DNA from: Azolla caroliniana
Lineage: Eukaryota; Plantae; Polypodiophyta
Length of the DNA: 64,000 nucleotides
Direction: 5' to 3'
Assembly: GCA_043228905.1 (NCBI GenBank)
Contig: JBHGNT010000017.1
Location: 2,294,001-2,358,000 of the forward strand
Program-made: the position numbers and the translations under genes
Part shown: one piece after another, positions 49,905-63,800 of the stretch
How the letters are laid out: every line of letters starts with the position of its first letter
How positions within the stretch are numbered: position 1 is the stretch's first letter
The notes under the pieces: generated by a model
The model's input: only the letters and a program-made list of their open reading frames with translations
The model's database searches: none
What the model was told of the DNA's origin: nothing

Positions 49905-52900
49905 AGAGTACTAGAAGATACCTTCTCATCCTACACAGCCGGTGAGCATGGCTGTGTTCGGATGGGGAATGAAGGTACGTGCCGGATTGCCGGCATCGGA
50001 GACGTGTGGTTGACAACCCCGACCGGATGCAAAATGCTGCTGAAGGATGTCCGACACGTTCCGGAGGTTCGATTGAACCTGATTTCGGCCGGAAGGCTAG
50101 ACGATGAAGGCTACACGGGTAGCATCCGGAACGGCGTAATGAAGTTCAGCAAGGGGAGCCTGATAGTGGCTCGGGCCCGGAGGTCAACACACTATACCTG
50201 ATTAATGCCCGGTTATGTCCGGAAGAGCTGAATGTGGCAGCCGACACTGCCGGTGAGCTGTGGCACAAGAGACTGTGCCACATGAGCGAGAAGGGATGAA
50301 GAGGCTTGCAGAAGACAACCTCATTCCAGTGAAGCCTGTGCACCTGGAGAAGTGCACCGATTGCCTGGCCTGTAAGCAGAACCGAACCTCCTTCCACTCA
50401 AGGGCCACCGACGAGACGTAGCGCCACCATTGGAGTTGGTGCACACCGACGTGTGTCAGGTAGAAACGAAGTCACATGGCGGAGCCCAGTACTTCGTAAC
50501 ATTCATAGATGACCACAGCCGAAGACTGTGGACGGCACCCTTGAAGACAAAGGACCAAGTATTGTCCGTCTTCAAAGAACTCCACGCGAGGTTGGAAAGG
50601 GAATCCGGCAAGAAGCTGAAAGCGATACGAGCGGATAACGGGAGGGGAATACACGAGGGCCAGTTCCAGGAGTACTGTCGCTCGAAGGGAATCCGACTCG
50701 AGTTTACTGTGCCGAAGACGCCCGGAACTGAACGGGCTGGCCGAGAGGATGAACCGACCGTAATGGAGAGGGTCCGGAGTATGCTGGCGCATGCGAAACT
50801 ACCCAAGGGATTTTGGGCTGGGCAATGTCGACGGCGACGTATGTGATAAATAGATCACCCTCAGTACCTTTGGACGGAGACACGCCGCAGAGAGTGTGGA
50901 CCGGTATGGGAAGTATCCTACCGGCATCTGAAGGTGTTCGGGTGTCTCGCATACGTGCATGTGGCAAAGGACCGAGAGGAAAGCTAGATCCAAAGACCCG
51001 GCCATGCATATTCCTCGGTTACGGCGACGACGAGTTCGGCTACCGAGTATGGGACCCGGTCGACAAGAAGATATTCAGGAGTCGAGATATCATCTTCATG
51101 GAGGAAAAGACACTCGCCGACTGGGAGTCGGAGAAGAAGATGAAGAGCTCCAAGTCGACCAGTGAGGATCAACTCTACGAGGAGCAGTCCCGACCGGCAA
51201 GGGACCGGTTAACACTCGAGGATCCGGCCGAAGACGGTGAAGAAACAGAACCGGCCGAAGAAGATGAAAATGATACCGGAACCGGCCCCGATCCCGAAAT
51301 GAATTCGGATGAAGAAGAATCGGAAGAACCGGTTACCGAAGCTCCGGAACGGAGATATCCTCTAAGAGAGAGAAGGGCCCCCCGGAGATTTCCGGAACCA
51401 GAGCATGTGCTGCTAACCGACGAGGGGGAGCCGGAGAGCTTTGAAGAAGCAAAGCACGACACCCAAAGCCGCAGGTGGTTGAGTGCCATGCAGGACGAGA
51501 TGGATTCCCTGCATGAGAACCACACATATGAACTAGTGAAGTTGCCGAAAGGAAAGCGGGCACTTCGAAACAAGTGGGTGTTCAAGCTGAAACCGGGAGA
51601 TGCCGGAAACCCCCCGAGATACAAAGCCAGGATCGTGGTGAAGGGGTTTCAGCAGAAGAAGGGCGTCGACTTCGACGAAATATTTGCCCCGGTAGTAAAA
51701 ATGACCTCCATCCGGACGGTGCTGAGCATAGCGGCAAGCATGGACCTCGAGGTAGAACAGATGGACGTGAAGACGGCATTCCTTCATGGTGACCTCGAAG
51801 AAGAGATCTACATGCAGCAACCGGAAGGATTCGAGAAGAAAGGGAAGGAGCACCTGGTATGTCGGTTGAAGAAGAGCCTTTACGGACTGAAGCAGGCTCC
51901 CCGACAATGGTACCGAAAGTTCGACTCTTTCATGACCGACGAAGGGTACCTCAAAACGCAGTCCGACCACTGCGTGTTTGTGAAGAAGTTCGAAGGAGGA
52001 GACTTTCTAATACTCCTCCTGTATGTGGACGACATGTTGATCGTCGGACGGGACCAGGTCAAGATACGGATGCTGAAGAAGGCTCTTCACCGAACCTTCT
52101 CAATGAAGGACCTGGGTTCGGCGAGACAAATTCTAGGGATGCACATCATCCGGGACCGGAAGAAGAAGCTGTTGTGGCTGTCACAGGAGAAGTACGTGAC
52201 GAAGGTGCTTCACCGGTTTAACATGTCGGAAGCAAGGCCGGTCGGATCGACCCTCCCGGCAAACTGCAAGCTGTCCAGCAAGCAAAGTCCCAAGACAAAG
52301 GCTGGAAAGGAGGATATGATGAAAGTGCCGTATGCCTCAGCCGTCGGGAGCTTGATGTACGCCATGGTGTGTACGAGACCGGACATAGGATATGCAGTCG
52401 GAGTGGTGAGCCGGTACATGAGCAATCCCGGCAAAGAGCATTGGAACGCGGCCAAGTGGATACTCCGATACCTGAAGGGCACGGCAAACGTGTGCCTCCG
52501 ATTCGGCTCCGGTAAGCCCGAACTCGACGGCTTCACCGATTCGGATATGTCGGCTGATGCAGATACCAGCCGGTCCACATCAGGGTATGTGATGACGTAT
52601 GCAGGGGGAGCTGTTTCATGGCAGTCGAGGCTGCAGAAGACGGTTGCGTTGTCAACCACGGAGGCGGAGTACATGGCAGCTGTTGAAGCCGGCAAGGAAG
52701 TAATATGGATGAAGGACTTCATTAGAGAGCTCGGTATCCGGCAGGAGGAGTACCGACTCTACTGCGACAGTCAGAGTGCAATCCACCTTGCGAAGAACGC
52801 GGCCTATCACTCCCGGACGAAGCACATCCAGCGAAGATATCACTGGATCCGGGAAAGGATAGAAGACAATGAGTTCGTGCTGACGAAGATCCACACGGAC

Positions 52901-52999
52901 GAGAACGGGTCGGATATGCTGACCAAGGTGCTCACACCCGACAAGCTGGAAGCATGCCGGAAGAGGATCGGATTGGAGAGACATCCCATGCCGAAGTGA
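49905..52999 (+). CDS. Copia D pol (integrase, RT, RNase H); the 5' part is frameshifted next to the gap
   Basis: LELVHTDVC, RADNG, YKARIVVKG, LYVDDML, DSDMSAD and LSTTEAEY. RT and RNase H are open in ORF 50813-52999. Confidence 0.9.
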
Positions 53000-53640
53000 A
53001 GGGGGAGTTTGTTGGGATTTCGGTCCCTTCAGATGGGATGGTCGGATGTCGGAGACCAAAGTCGACAAGCCCGGTTTCGGTTTCGGAACCGGATGATGAA
53101 GACCCCGACTTCGGAGTCGGATGACGAATGTACCCGAAGAAGAGATCCGGATGCAGGGACATATCCGTGAATATGTCTGCTTAGGGCCCCTCTGAGGCTA
53201 TAGTTGTAAATAGCCCTAAAGTCATATATGTATAAATATGACTTAGGGCAAACAGTTTTTTATGTTGCTTCTCATTTTTCTGTTTTTCCACTCAAGAGGA
53301 GTGAAGAGAGAGAGCAGCCGTGAGAGAGAGAGAGAGAGAGAGAGATAGAGCGCGAGAGAGAAAGAGGACGACGCCTCTGTGTATTTCCGCCACCTGTGGC
53401 GAGGACAGCGAGCTCAAGGTCGTCGCCTTGGAGCTCGCCACTGTATACTTCTCTTGTATAGTGCTGTTTGGAGTCTTGTACTCCCGTGGTTTTTCCCATC
53501 TAGGGTTTTCCACGTTAAATCCCTGTGTGCTCGTGTTTTTGTTTCTTTCTCCGTGTGGTTCCTATTTTCTGCTTCATTGATCAGCGATTACTCGGTTGTG
53601 GCCGAGCGGTGAAGGTGAATATAAGCGTCTATTCCTTACA

Positions 53641-55170
53641 CATTATGCGTACATGACCCGTGTAGCGGAAGTGCGTGAGCCGGAGAGCTACGCAGAAGCG
53701 GCTAAAGACGCGAATTGGCGTGCCGCGATGGAGGAAGAGATGCACGCATTGGCAGAGAACGAGACTTGGGACCTGGTTGACGCACCGAAGGGTGTGAAAC
53801 CGATCGGGTGTAGGTGGGTGTACAAGGTCAAGTACAACACCGATGGCTCGGTCAACCGATACAAGGCTCAGCTAGTGGCAAAGGGCTACGCGCAGAAACA
53901 CGGCATCGACTACGATGAGACGTTTGCGTCGGTCACGAAAATGACGATCGTCCGTGTTTTGCTCGCAGTAGTTGCGGACAAGGGGTGGCACCTACATCAA
54001 ATGGATGTAAAGAATGCATTCCTGCAAGGTGACCTTGAGGAACAAGTGTACATGGTACAACCCCCCGGATTTCCCTCCGGAACGAACTCCTCGGCAGTAT
54101 GCCGACTGAAGAAGTCCCTTTACGGACTGAAGCAAGCCCCACGTGCCTGGAACGCGAAGATCACGCAACAACTGCGTCGGATGGGCTTCGTCACGTCAAA
54201 ATCGGACTCTTCCCTGTTCATCCGGAAAGGTCGACTCGGACCGGTTAGTATTCTACTATGTGTTGATGACTTGGTCATCACCGGCGCCGACCTAGTTGAA
54301 ATCGACCGCGTGAAGCTCCAGCTTGCTGCATCGTTCGACATGAAGGATCTGGGGGACCTTCATTACTTCCTCGGGATCGAAGTGATCCGTACCCCCGAAG
54401 GCATATTGATCAGCCAACGTCATTACGTGCTGAGTATGCTCTTCAAATTCGGGATGGCCGACTGTAAGTCCGCCTCGACTCCTTTGGACAGAACCGTCAA
54501 GCTTCGTCCGGATATGGGAAAGGTATGCGAATCGACGAGGTTCGGACAAATTGTCAGAAGCCTCATATACTTGACCATCACCTGACCCGACCTTAGTTAT
54601 CCGGTCGGAGTGATCAGTCAGTTCATGGCACGACCTACCGAGGAGCACCTTCAGTGTGCGCGACGCATACTTCGGTATGTCAACGACACTAAGGACCGGG
54701 GACTGCTATATCGGACCGGTGCAGCCGCGCAGTTAGTCGGCTACACCGATGCTGATTGGGCTGGCAACGCCGCCGATCGCCGATCCACGTCCGGATACGC
54801 GTTCTCCCTCGGGAGATGCCGCAATCGCGTGGAGCAGTAAGAAGCAGCCGACAGTTGCATTGTCGAGCACCGAAGCTGAGTACCGAGGAGCGGCTGTCAT
54901 GACATGCGAAGCCATATGGTTGAAGCGGCTACTTAAGGACCTGCAAGAGGAGGTGTCTGATCCAACGACGATCTACTGCGACAACCTCAGCAACATCCGG
55001 CTCGCGAAGAACCCCGTTTTCCATGCACGGACCAAGCACATTGAGGTGCACTACCACTTCGTCCGTGAGCGTGTCCTTTCCGGTGAAGTCGAACTTCAGT
55101 ACGTGCCGATGGATCGGCAGACTGCCGACATCTTCACAAAGCCTCTTGGTCTGGTCAAGTTGCGGCAATT
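53641..55170 (+). pseudogene. Copia C RT and RNase H
   Basis: EPESYAEA, QMDVKNAFL, LCVDDL, DADWAG, LSSTEAEY and ADIFTKPL, with a stop and a frameshift. Confidence 0.9.
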
Positions 55171-56397
55171 CTCAGAACAGTCCCAAACGACCAAGCAAGG
55201 CAGTCCGAGTCGGTTGACTCGGTTGTCGAGTTCGACTTCGGATCGACTGAAGAAGCCGAGGGCGGACCCGCGGAAAAGTCCGAAAGCGGACAGAAGGGGA
55301 GCAGCCGAAGGAGAGAGCCGAAGCCAACCACGCATAGGGAAGATGACGCCATCGAGGGCGAGAAGACCGAAGACGAGTTGGAGAGAGCCAACTCGGACGA
55401 GAGCGAAAACCGATCGGAGGTAGCCGAGTCGGTTCGGATGTTTGATTCAGATACGCTGAATCAACCGAGGCCCAAGCAGAAGAAAAGGCAGCAGGAGAAG
55501 CGTCAACACCGCAACAACAGAAGAGTTGATAAGGGCCACATGAGCAGACAAGCCGACCGGAAGGGTCGAAGCGCGCGGAGTCGAACAGGTCGAGGAGCGC
55601 GAGCGAGGCGTGAAGCCAGGAGGAACCGGAGCTGTGAGCCCGAGGATCCCGAAGAGCCTCGAGTTGAGCCTGAGGGGGAGTGTTGAGAGACAAGCTCAAC
55701 ATCGGCCGGATCGGATCGGTTGGGACCGATCGGTTAGGCCGAGTGCGGAAACCAGGAGGCCGTTAGGAAAGATATTCCGTGAGGAATATATTTGGGAGTT
55801 AGTGTAGGAGCTCTCAATGAGCATTGAAGTACTGTCAGTACTTCGGTCAGTCTTCTAGGACTTATATAAAAGTGTTCACTGAGCACGTCTTATGTACAGA
55901 TCGAGTATTATCGTTGAATATAGTTCTCTCTCATTCTCTCTGTCTCTCTCGTGTATACTGTGTAAGCTCAAGCTCTCCATTAAACCTGAGTGTGCTCCCT
56001 TCTGTTCTGTCTTTATACTTGCTTCCGCACGCTACTTTTTACAAGATGCATCACGTCGTTCCCTATAAATGCGAGGTAGACACTTTCTACAACATGGTTG
56101 AATTGAGTAGAAACCTGATTCAAAATTAAGCTAGTCACATGAATCAAATGATTGTATAGACGATGAGATCTTGCACTGACGTTTAAATCAGATAGGCACA
56201 CCCCCTCCTCCAATCATAAAAATATTTCATCCAAAATATTTAATGAGAACCTTTCTAATGGTGGAATAATATTGAAATGGTATACTAGTGACCTCTTCTC
56301 TTGACAATATGGAGACAATTTCCAAGATGTGGGTGAATCAAGTTTTGAACTTATAGTATGCAATGGATTGGATGAATGAATGAATGGCCAAATACAG

Positions 56398-57200
56398 TGT
56401 TGGATGAGCAACGGGAAGCGAACGAGCTGCTGTTTTCCTGCACAGAAAATGGTGAATTAGTCATGGATTTCCTACGAATCTCTTTGCCCAATAGTGCTCC
56501 ACATATGTCATTATAGAGTAATTTCCCATTTGGTGCACTATTGCTAACAATGGTGCAAAATGTGTCCCATGACATAGGCAAAGTGCATAACAAAAATACA
56601 CTAGTCATTTTCTGAGCATGTAATTGAGACTATAGTGCATCAAAAATCATTCAAATGAGAGGCGACACTATTGCTAAATGGAATGCAACTAAGACGCAAC
56701 TTCCAATTTCACAATCTCACATCAAGTGAGCAAGCATTGATAAATGCAAGTCCTCTCTTTTGTAAACTAGAAACAAATGAGTCCTCTCTGTTTCTAGGTT
56801 TAGAGAAGAAAAAATACCTTTCAAAGGTACATTTCCCCCAAACATGGCTCGAAAAATAGTGGAACAACAAGACCTTACAACAACAAGAGAGTTTGGAGAT
56901 TACCTCTCTTTGATGAGTTCTTGAAAAACAGTAGAGAGGGGGCAAACATAGGAAAACTTGAACGATTCCTACCACATATGAGGTCTCTCACGAAGCCCTT
57001 CGTTTTGATACCACTGTTGGATGAGCAATGAGAAGCGGATGAGCTACTGTTTATCTACACAGAAAATGGTGAACGGAACAGAAAGCAAGAGAGCACAAAG
57101 AAAGACACAAAAGAAAATGTTTTGGCGGGCACGCGAAGAACCCTGATTTTATTATCTTATATACTTAGTGATAAATAGTGAGAATTACCTTTCTGGCCTT
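56398..57200 (-). mobile_element. Degenerate Copia remnant (gag fragment between LTR pieces)
   Basis: A direct repeat of about 60 bp (tgttggatgagca...cacagaaaatggtgaa) at 56398 and 57015, PBS complement GATACCA at 57007-57013, and gag-like TLPMSWDTF...EIRRKS. The right boundary is uncertain. Confidence 0.6.
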
Positions 57201-57699
57201 TCTCACTATGTATCATCCAGTAGAAACCACATTTGAAATTCAACTAATCATGGTGATTGGATGAATGTGTGGACATTGTGTAGAAACGACATTTGAATGG
57301 ATGACAAAAGCATGTTATGTAGGATGAACAAAGATATGATGAATGTCATGGTTGCGGTTGCCAGGGCGAAGTGAACAAGAATTTCTAGTCATGTCTATTT
57401 TCTGGGCCACCTATGCCTAGAATATATTAATAATGCACTACTCGAGCAACCATTGGCCAATGTAGTGTAGCAATAGTGAACGACTCCTTCCTACCTGGGG
57501 TTATGGATAGCCACCTGAAAATATCTCATGGTATGAAATTTCCCGTATCCACCACACACAACATGTATGTCCAAATTAGATCATGGGTGTACGGATATGA
57601 CATGTGCAACCCAATACCTCATACCTATCATATCCATAACTATGTTTCTCTATACTCAATAATTCACTAAATGAATTTGAGGAAAGTTCAATAATCTAT

Positions 57700-58960
57700 G
57701 ATCCCTTGTCTATTGAGAGGAGGAATGGTTTCAGAATAGAGGATTCACAATTACTACCTCAATTGATTGATCTTCATGTATTCAAAAGGGCGGCACAAGA
57801 GAAAACCCCCTCTACCACAAATTATAATGTGCATTCTCCTACTTTGGGATATCCAAAGGAAAAGAACCATCGCATCATGTTCTCTGATTGCACCATCCAG
57901 CAGTTCCTCTACAAAATCTAGCCACCATGATTTATTTCGTCGGTGGTTTCGCAGGTATGAGTCCCTTTAACTTCACCCATAGTCGAATGTTAGAAAAAAA
58001 TATCCTTAAGCGCAATTTGCTTCAATACGAAAAAATGTGCCTTCATTGTTGCAACTGAATGGCTCATGTATCAAATCTTTAGTAAATATTGCAACACACC
58101 TAGGAAGGGTTAAGGGTATCCTTGAAATCACAACACAAACAAATGCCCAAGCATGGTTTTGATTCTTTGGACAAATTCACTTGCACATCATGCTTGGAGG
58201 GCACATTCGATCACTTCGTTGCATACGACTCCATTCACATGGAAGGAGGTTGGATAAAAATAATATATAGAACTAATGTTTGTATTGATAGAAGCACCAA
58301 ATGATCAACAACCAATGTAGAACAAAGAGTTTCATGTTTTTGAGGATGCATTTGATGTGGGGATCATAATCATCCTTGTGCAACTCTATGAATGCAATTT
58401 GGTACTGCTAATATATGATTCTAGCTTGATGCTATCCAAAGCACAAGGGAATTAATTAACAACCGATTGAGGCTCGTACATTATTATCTACGATGTGAAC
58501 ACGTTCAAGTACCACTTATTAGGAAATAATGTCACTATTCCACCTTCACTACATCCCATTATTATAAATGGTTGTGTAATCCATGATAATCAACAAATCA
58601 GTGTGGTGGATGCCAATCCTCTACAAATTATTCGGAAGTTCGAGTACCACTTATTAGGAAACAAAGTTATTGTTCCACATTGACCATATCCCATTATTGT
58701 ACATGGTGGACATGTAGTCCATGCTAACCAAGAAATTAGTGTTAGATGTTAATTCTCTAGGAATTTGAGATTGGTAATATGCCACATGGCTCAAATGATG
58801 CATCTAATGTTGGACTATTTGCCTAGGCTACAAATGAAGAGCCATTTCTCAAATGAAGAGATCATCCATATAAGTGCAACAATATTCATAGTCAATCCAA
58901 AGTGTGGATCCTCAAAATGGTGTGCTTTTTACATCATAGAATATATCTAAAGAGCTAACA
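57700..58960 (-). mobile_element. Possible highly decayed Ty3/Gypsy integrase remnant
   Basis: Faint FEKW, YP..NG and GPF-like traces on the minus strand with no ORF. An internal duplication occurs near 58508 and 58644. Confidence 0.3.
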
Positions 58961-59092
58961 GAATTGTGGCCAAACATTATGTTAGGGAAAGGACCCCTCA
59001 TAATGCAAGGCAAAGTGGAGTGTGATATCTTATTGTCTAGAGAAACACCCATAACAAGGCAAGTGATAGTGTCAATGATGGGGTGAGATCAT

Positions 59093-59548
59093 TGTTACGG
59101 GCATGACCATATAATATCCCGTGGTGAGAATTTACTGTAGTATTCTATACACGTGGATAAAGTGTGCGGGTTAAATGAGAGTATAAAGAACGGGAGGATT
59201 ACTTTAAATCATCGGGATTGAGACAACCCATTAGGCCAAGTGTGAACTTGCCTGGGGGCCTTAGGTCTGGCTATAAATATGAGGCCTAGCTACCCTCATT
59301 TCATCATCTTTTGACTACGTCGAGACTCTGACGTTGTGGTGGGTCAACTCTTGTAGCGAGCGTGCCAGCGCCAGGTACGACTCGACGCCACGATGGTGGT
59401 ATGGGACGCCGATCGAGGCTCGGGTCCGTCTCGATCCCTTTGCTCGGGGGTGGTCGGGTGGATCGACACCCTTCTTTCTCTCTCTCCTTTCTTATTTCAT
59501 ATATATTATATCCTTATCATATGTTTACATTAGATCATCACTCTAACA
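59093..59548 (+). mobile_element. Probable solo LTR
   Basis: TGTTA...TAACA termini, an internal CTATAAATA, and flanks ATCAT/ATAAT (4 of 5 match). Confidence 0.55.
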
Positions 59549-60603
59549 ATAATAGAAAGGGTGTGGATGCTCCAACAAACCATAGTTTTACTAGAAACAT
59601 TTTAAAGCCTTAGACATTGACATTTACAAACGGGACTTGCAAACCCTGTCATTATGTAATTTGGAGACACGAACGAGATTCTACCAGTGAGGTTAAGCTC
59701 TCTTCATTGGATCCATTATTTCAACAACCAAGGTGTAACACATGGTAATATTTAGTGATATGGGACACTAATGGTATTTTTTGTTTCTCTTGTCCTTTGC
59801 TCGAGGTGGTCGATATGGTTAAGAACTCCTAATCCATTATTCTCCTTAGACAAAAGGCTCCATGTTTACCTAAAAATGTCAATAAGTGTGTATGTTGCAT
59901 ATGATTGAAGGTTGTATGAATGTCTATGAATAAATAGTTACATGTATGTATGTGTGTATGCATGTATGTGCTTGTGTGTGTATGAACAAATGTGTGTGGT
60001 TGTATGAATGAATGTATGCATGTGTATGATCAAATGAATGTGGGTGTATGAAGTTATGAATGTGTATAAGTATACAAATGCATATAAGTGTATCAGTGAG
60101 TTTGAGTATGATTTAATGAATGGGTATAAACAAGAAACACTTGATGGTTGTCAACAAGTCATTTAATGATGTGTTGTAGCATGGAAGGGTTAGTACATTT
60201 CAGTAGGTTTCGGTAAGGGACACATATTTATTGCATTGTTTAATAATGCCTTTTACGAAAATAAAGCATGACATGCTATGGTAGTGTGGTTGAAACAAGT
60301 CAATAAGGAAGTTTCACACATGCATCTCAACATCCTCGAGCAGATCAAACATGAGCAAATATCTCCATGATTTTGTAATGTATGGTGCATCTACTTTATA
60401 TCTTGGTATTATCATTATTCATTGCTAAATGTGTGGTGATTCATCAACAAAGATAAGGAGTTATGAAAGACAAACCAATGATGTGTGCGATTGACGTTGA
60501 ATCCTACGTACTAGCATAAGGATCAAGTCTCTACGTTTCGTGTGTGAGAGGACGGGAAGGTTATAAGATTTAAAGTAGTTGAGAGAGACATTTATATCTA
60601 TTT

Positions 60604-60643
60604 ATCCCACATACGGGAGCCTACTTACGCCAAGCCTATAAAT
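60604..60643 (+). promoter_or_regulatory. Plant snRNA promoter (USE and TATA)
   Basis: ATCCCACATACG (plant USE consensus RTCCCACATCG) at 60604 and TATAAAT at 60637, directly upstream of a U2-like sequence. Confidence 0.75.
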
Positions 60644-60669
60644 GTGGAAGTAGAAGCAATATACTAATT

Positions 60670-60868
60670 GTACCTTTCTCGGCCTTTTGGCTAAGATCAG
60701 GAGTGTTAACGTTCTTATGAAATTAATATCTGATATGCGGCCTATGAAGCCACATGATATTAACCTAATTTGTTTCATGGAGCAGCCCCTGTTTGAGGCA
60801 GCTTGCCGTCTCTGGGATCTGCATGCGTTGCCTCGTCGTTGCGCTGAAGCTGAGGTTATACAATCACC
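60670..60868 (+). ncRNA. U2: Divergent U2 snRNA gene or pseudogene
   Basis: TACCTTTCTCGGCCTTTTGGCTAAGATCA matches the plant U2 5' end. GTTCTTAT...TAATATCTGATATG, GATATTAAC, GCTTGC and CGTTGC are also retained. The branch-point recognition sequence and Sm site are altered. The 3' end is approximate. Confidence 0.8.
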
Positions 60869-63800
60869 CATAATCTTCCAGCAGTAGAAAAATGTGGTAG
60901 AATCTCCATTCTATGGAAATCATTGCCGAGTAGAGTCAAAAAAGTGTAATACAAGAGCGTCAGCTTAGAGTTCAGTCATGCACGGGATATGATGCGGGTG
61001 TGTACTAGCATGCAGAGTGCGCATTCTATATATAAAACGAGTAACTAATTAGGTCCCGGGGATTAGATGATGGTGGACGAATTGAACGGAAGCTAGGGAT
61101 GGGAAAGTAAAAATTACTGAGGGTGGGATCCGATGGATGGTCGTAGGAACAGATTATGCGTATGGTAAGGGGAGGATGGGATATATACAATGGAAAATAC
61201 TGTGTTTGGGTGGGAAGGGCCCATACAGTGTTCTAAGACCAACTGTTGCGATTCACACGGCAAAGTGAAGTATAGATTTCACAGTCAAACGCTCGCATTC
61301 TTTGGTTGGGCTACTAATGGACGGAATCCTTCTCTGAAGGTGTTTAATCTTGCGTTCTTGTTAGGAGTCCTCAGGGTTGCATGTAGAATAATGCCTGTTT
61401 GCATGTAAAGAGAAGAAAGAAGTATTGAGACAAAAGTTTACAAAATATTTTTGAACATGGCTCATATATTATCTACTATTTGTTCCTCTGTAGTTTATCA
61501 TGGCTCACATGGAATAGTCTCAACTTACAAGGCTCAAATTGAAGGTTGTATCGTGGAGACATGTTGGCTTCAAGGTCTTCTTTAGAAATTGAGTCCCTAG
61601 ATAATATACTTAAATGTAAAACCATCTCAATTATGTTCTGCCTCAAATTTCTTGGATAGTTTTTTGCGAAGTTACTAAAGACAGCCCCCTTATTTTTATA
61701 CATCTGAGATGTGATTGCTATATGTACTACCGCAAATCAACTAACTTGAATGCTTGCTACTTATGTTTCCAACTCGTTTAGATTTATTGTATTGAAAAGT
61801 TTCCAAATGGTGTTTTATTGACTACATTGAGCAAATCAATGGTATTATAGACACATATTCCCAACAATGTTTAGAATGTAAGATAATTGACTCTATTTCA
61901 TCGTATGCACTAAGTGACACAATGCCACCCTACACTTCCACTCTATAAAGCAACACTTCAACCACTAACGTTTGATAACATTAATCTCACTTTCCATCGT
62001 TAAATATCACTTTAGTTTCACCTCAATTGTACAATTACTATTCCAACCTTTTTGAAGTCTAGATGTGTAGCTCACATTCCATTGACTTGTCAATGAGACA
62101 TAATATTAAGATATTTGAGTCTTGGCGCCATTTGGATTGGTTCTCCTTAGTATATAAAAGTGGGGTAGTTTCTTGGTTGTATTGCCATCATTTCGGTTGT
62201 TCGCATTGATAGTTAGCTTGATGATTGACATAATGTTCTTGTGCCAACAGTTCTCGTATGTCGCCATCATTTGGGAAAATTGCGATGTGCACTCTATTGA
62301 ATTCATTGTGATATCTTCTTCTTAATAAATAAAATCAATTTGGTTTAGTGTTATCACTTTTTAACGAATTTGCTAAATATTATTTATGACCCATTCCTAT
62401 GATTAACCCTAAGGCAGATCTAATAAATTTGGAAGATGGAAGCCAAATGAGTATAATCTAGACTTGATGTTTAAAGCCAATTGATTGTGCATGTGCGCCA
62501 AACAAGAAATTGTCCGGCATTGTTGATTGTGATGAAGAAACAATCCAAACAAAATCATTGAGGTTAGGAAAAACTTCAAAGTAACAAAAATAAAAATGCA
62601 ACGAATGACTAGCCTTGTGAGACAAACTTAAACATTAGACAAGAAGAGAGCATGATGCTTTATCAAAAGTTTCGCAAACCTAAATCAATTATGGTAATGG
62701 TTGGTGTACAAACATAATTGTTTCTGCAAACGTAGAGGCTATGGATAACGAAAACTCCAAATAATAAATAGGAAGGCATGCCTTATAATACTCTTTTTTG
62801 TAAAATGTGTATATGCAGAAGTCGTAGAGCTTTGGAGTGAAACAAACGCTTGCGGAAAGGTTGGGTTGTATGGTACTATAATTATTGTTGCGCTGCTGGT
62901 ATGAAAAAGGGGGAAAGGTTTTAAGGTCACTGTAGTACAGATAGAGATATATATGTATATATATCCAGTCTTTGAAATCAATCAGCCAAAAGTCTTTCTT
63001 GTGGAAGGACAAATATGAGAATCTCCGGTCTTTGAAAAACCCTTCATTCCGTAAGAAAAATTATGCATTCCAAATTAAACTTGTCTAGGAAGAGGTTACG
63101 AATCACGATGTACGTGCACATGGAAAATCCGGTGTCCCATTTTTATGGAGAAAACTTCACAGCCACACGCTCTCTATTTCTCTGTGGGTCCGCATTAGTG
63201 GCCCATAGCTATGGCCATAGCTGGCGGCCGCCGTGCCCAGAAAACGCAAATAATGCACGACCTGAACAACCGATGGTAGTGTAGGGCTGCTACATAACTC
63301 CTCGTTTGCCTAGCTACTCAAAATTCTCTTTATATGTCCTCTTGGTTGGGGTATATATACCCATGTTTCTCCTTATAAGAATTTGACTGCATGTACAATG
63401 TCGAGGAAGTGATCATGGATCTATGTATCGATGTGCCACATGATGCCTCCTACATATACAATCCATAAGTCTGTACATATCTATATATCTATATATCTAT
63501 ATATCTATATAGATAGATAGATAGATATTTACACATATATATATTCTTTCTCCATGTCCCTATCGCTTCTCTCTTCTGTATATTAATATATCCATGAATC
63601 CTTTACCCCATCTGTTTGTTATTCATATCACATATATCTACTCCTGTTACATCCATGTTTACCTTTGCCGCACCACACGTCCCATCATGTTTCTCTCATT
63701 GCACACCATCTATGATATGTTTCTATACGAAGCACAACAGAAGGAGTCAAAAAGTGAGTGGGGCCTACAAGCTATTATGAACAAATATGAACAGGTTCTA

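Larger units (their letters stand above)
48134..53640 (+). mobile_element. Copia D, young, nested in Copia C
   Basis: Near-identical LTRs at 48134-48766 and 53010-53640, TSD CATTA, PBS at 48770 and PPT GAAGGGGGAG. Spans an N gap at 49805-49904. Confidence 0.95.
44227..56043 (+). mobile_element. Copia C, full length with nested insertions
   Basis: LTRs at 44227-44610 and 55681-56043, TSD AGATG, PBS TGGTATCAGAGC at 44611 and PPT TGAGGGGGAG. Confidence 0.95.

Noticed and set aside
44439-55807. Many overlapping and antisense ORFs in Copia C and D
   Set aside because: They are shadow frames of GC-rich gag-pol or LTR sequence.
61900-62700. Possible decayed Helitron-associated coding remnant (KLPHFYILRRTNPNG)
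   Set aside because: The similarity is too weak and fragmentary to support without a search.
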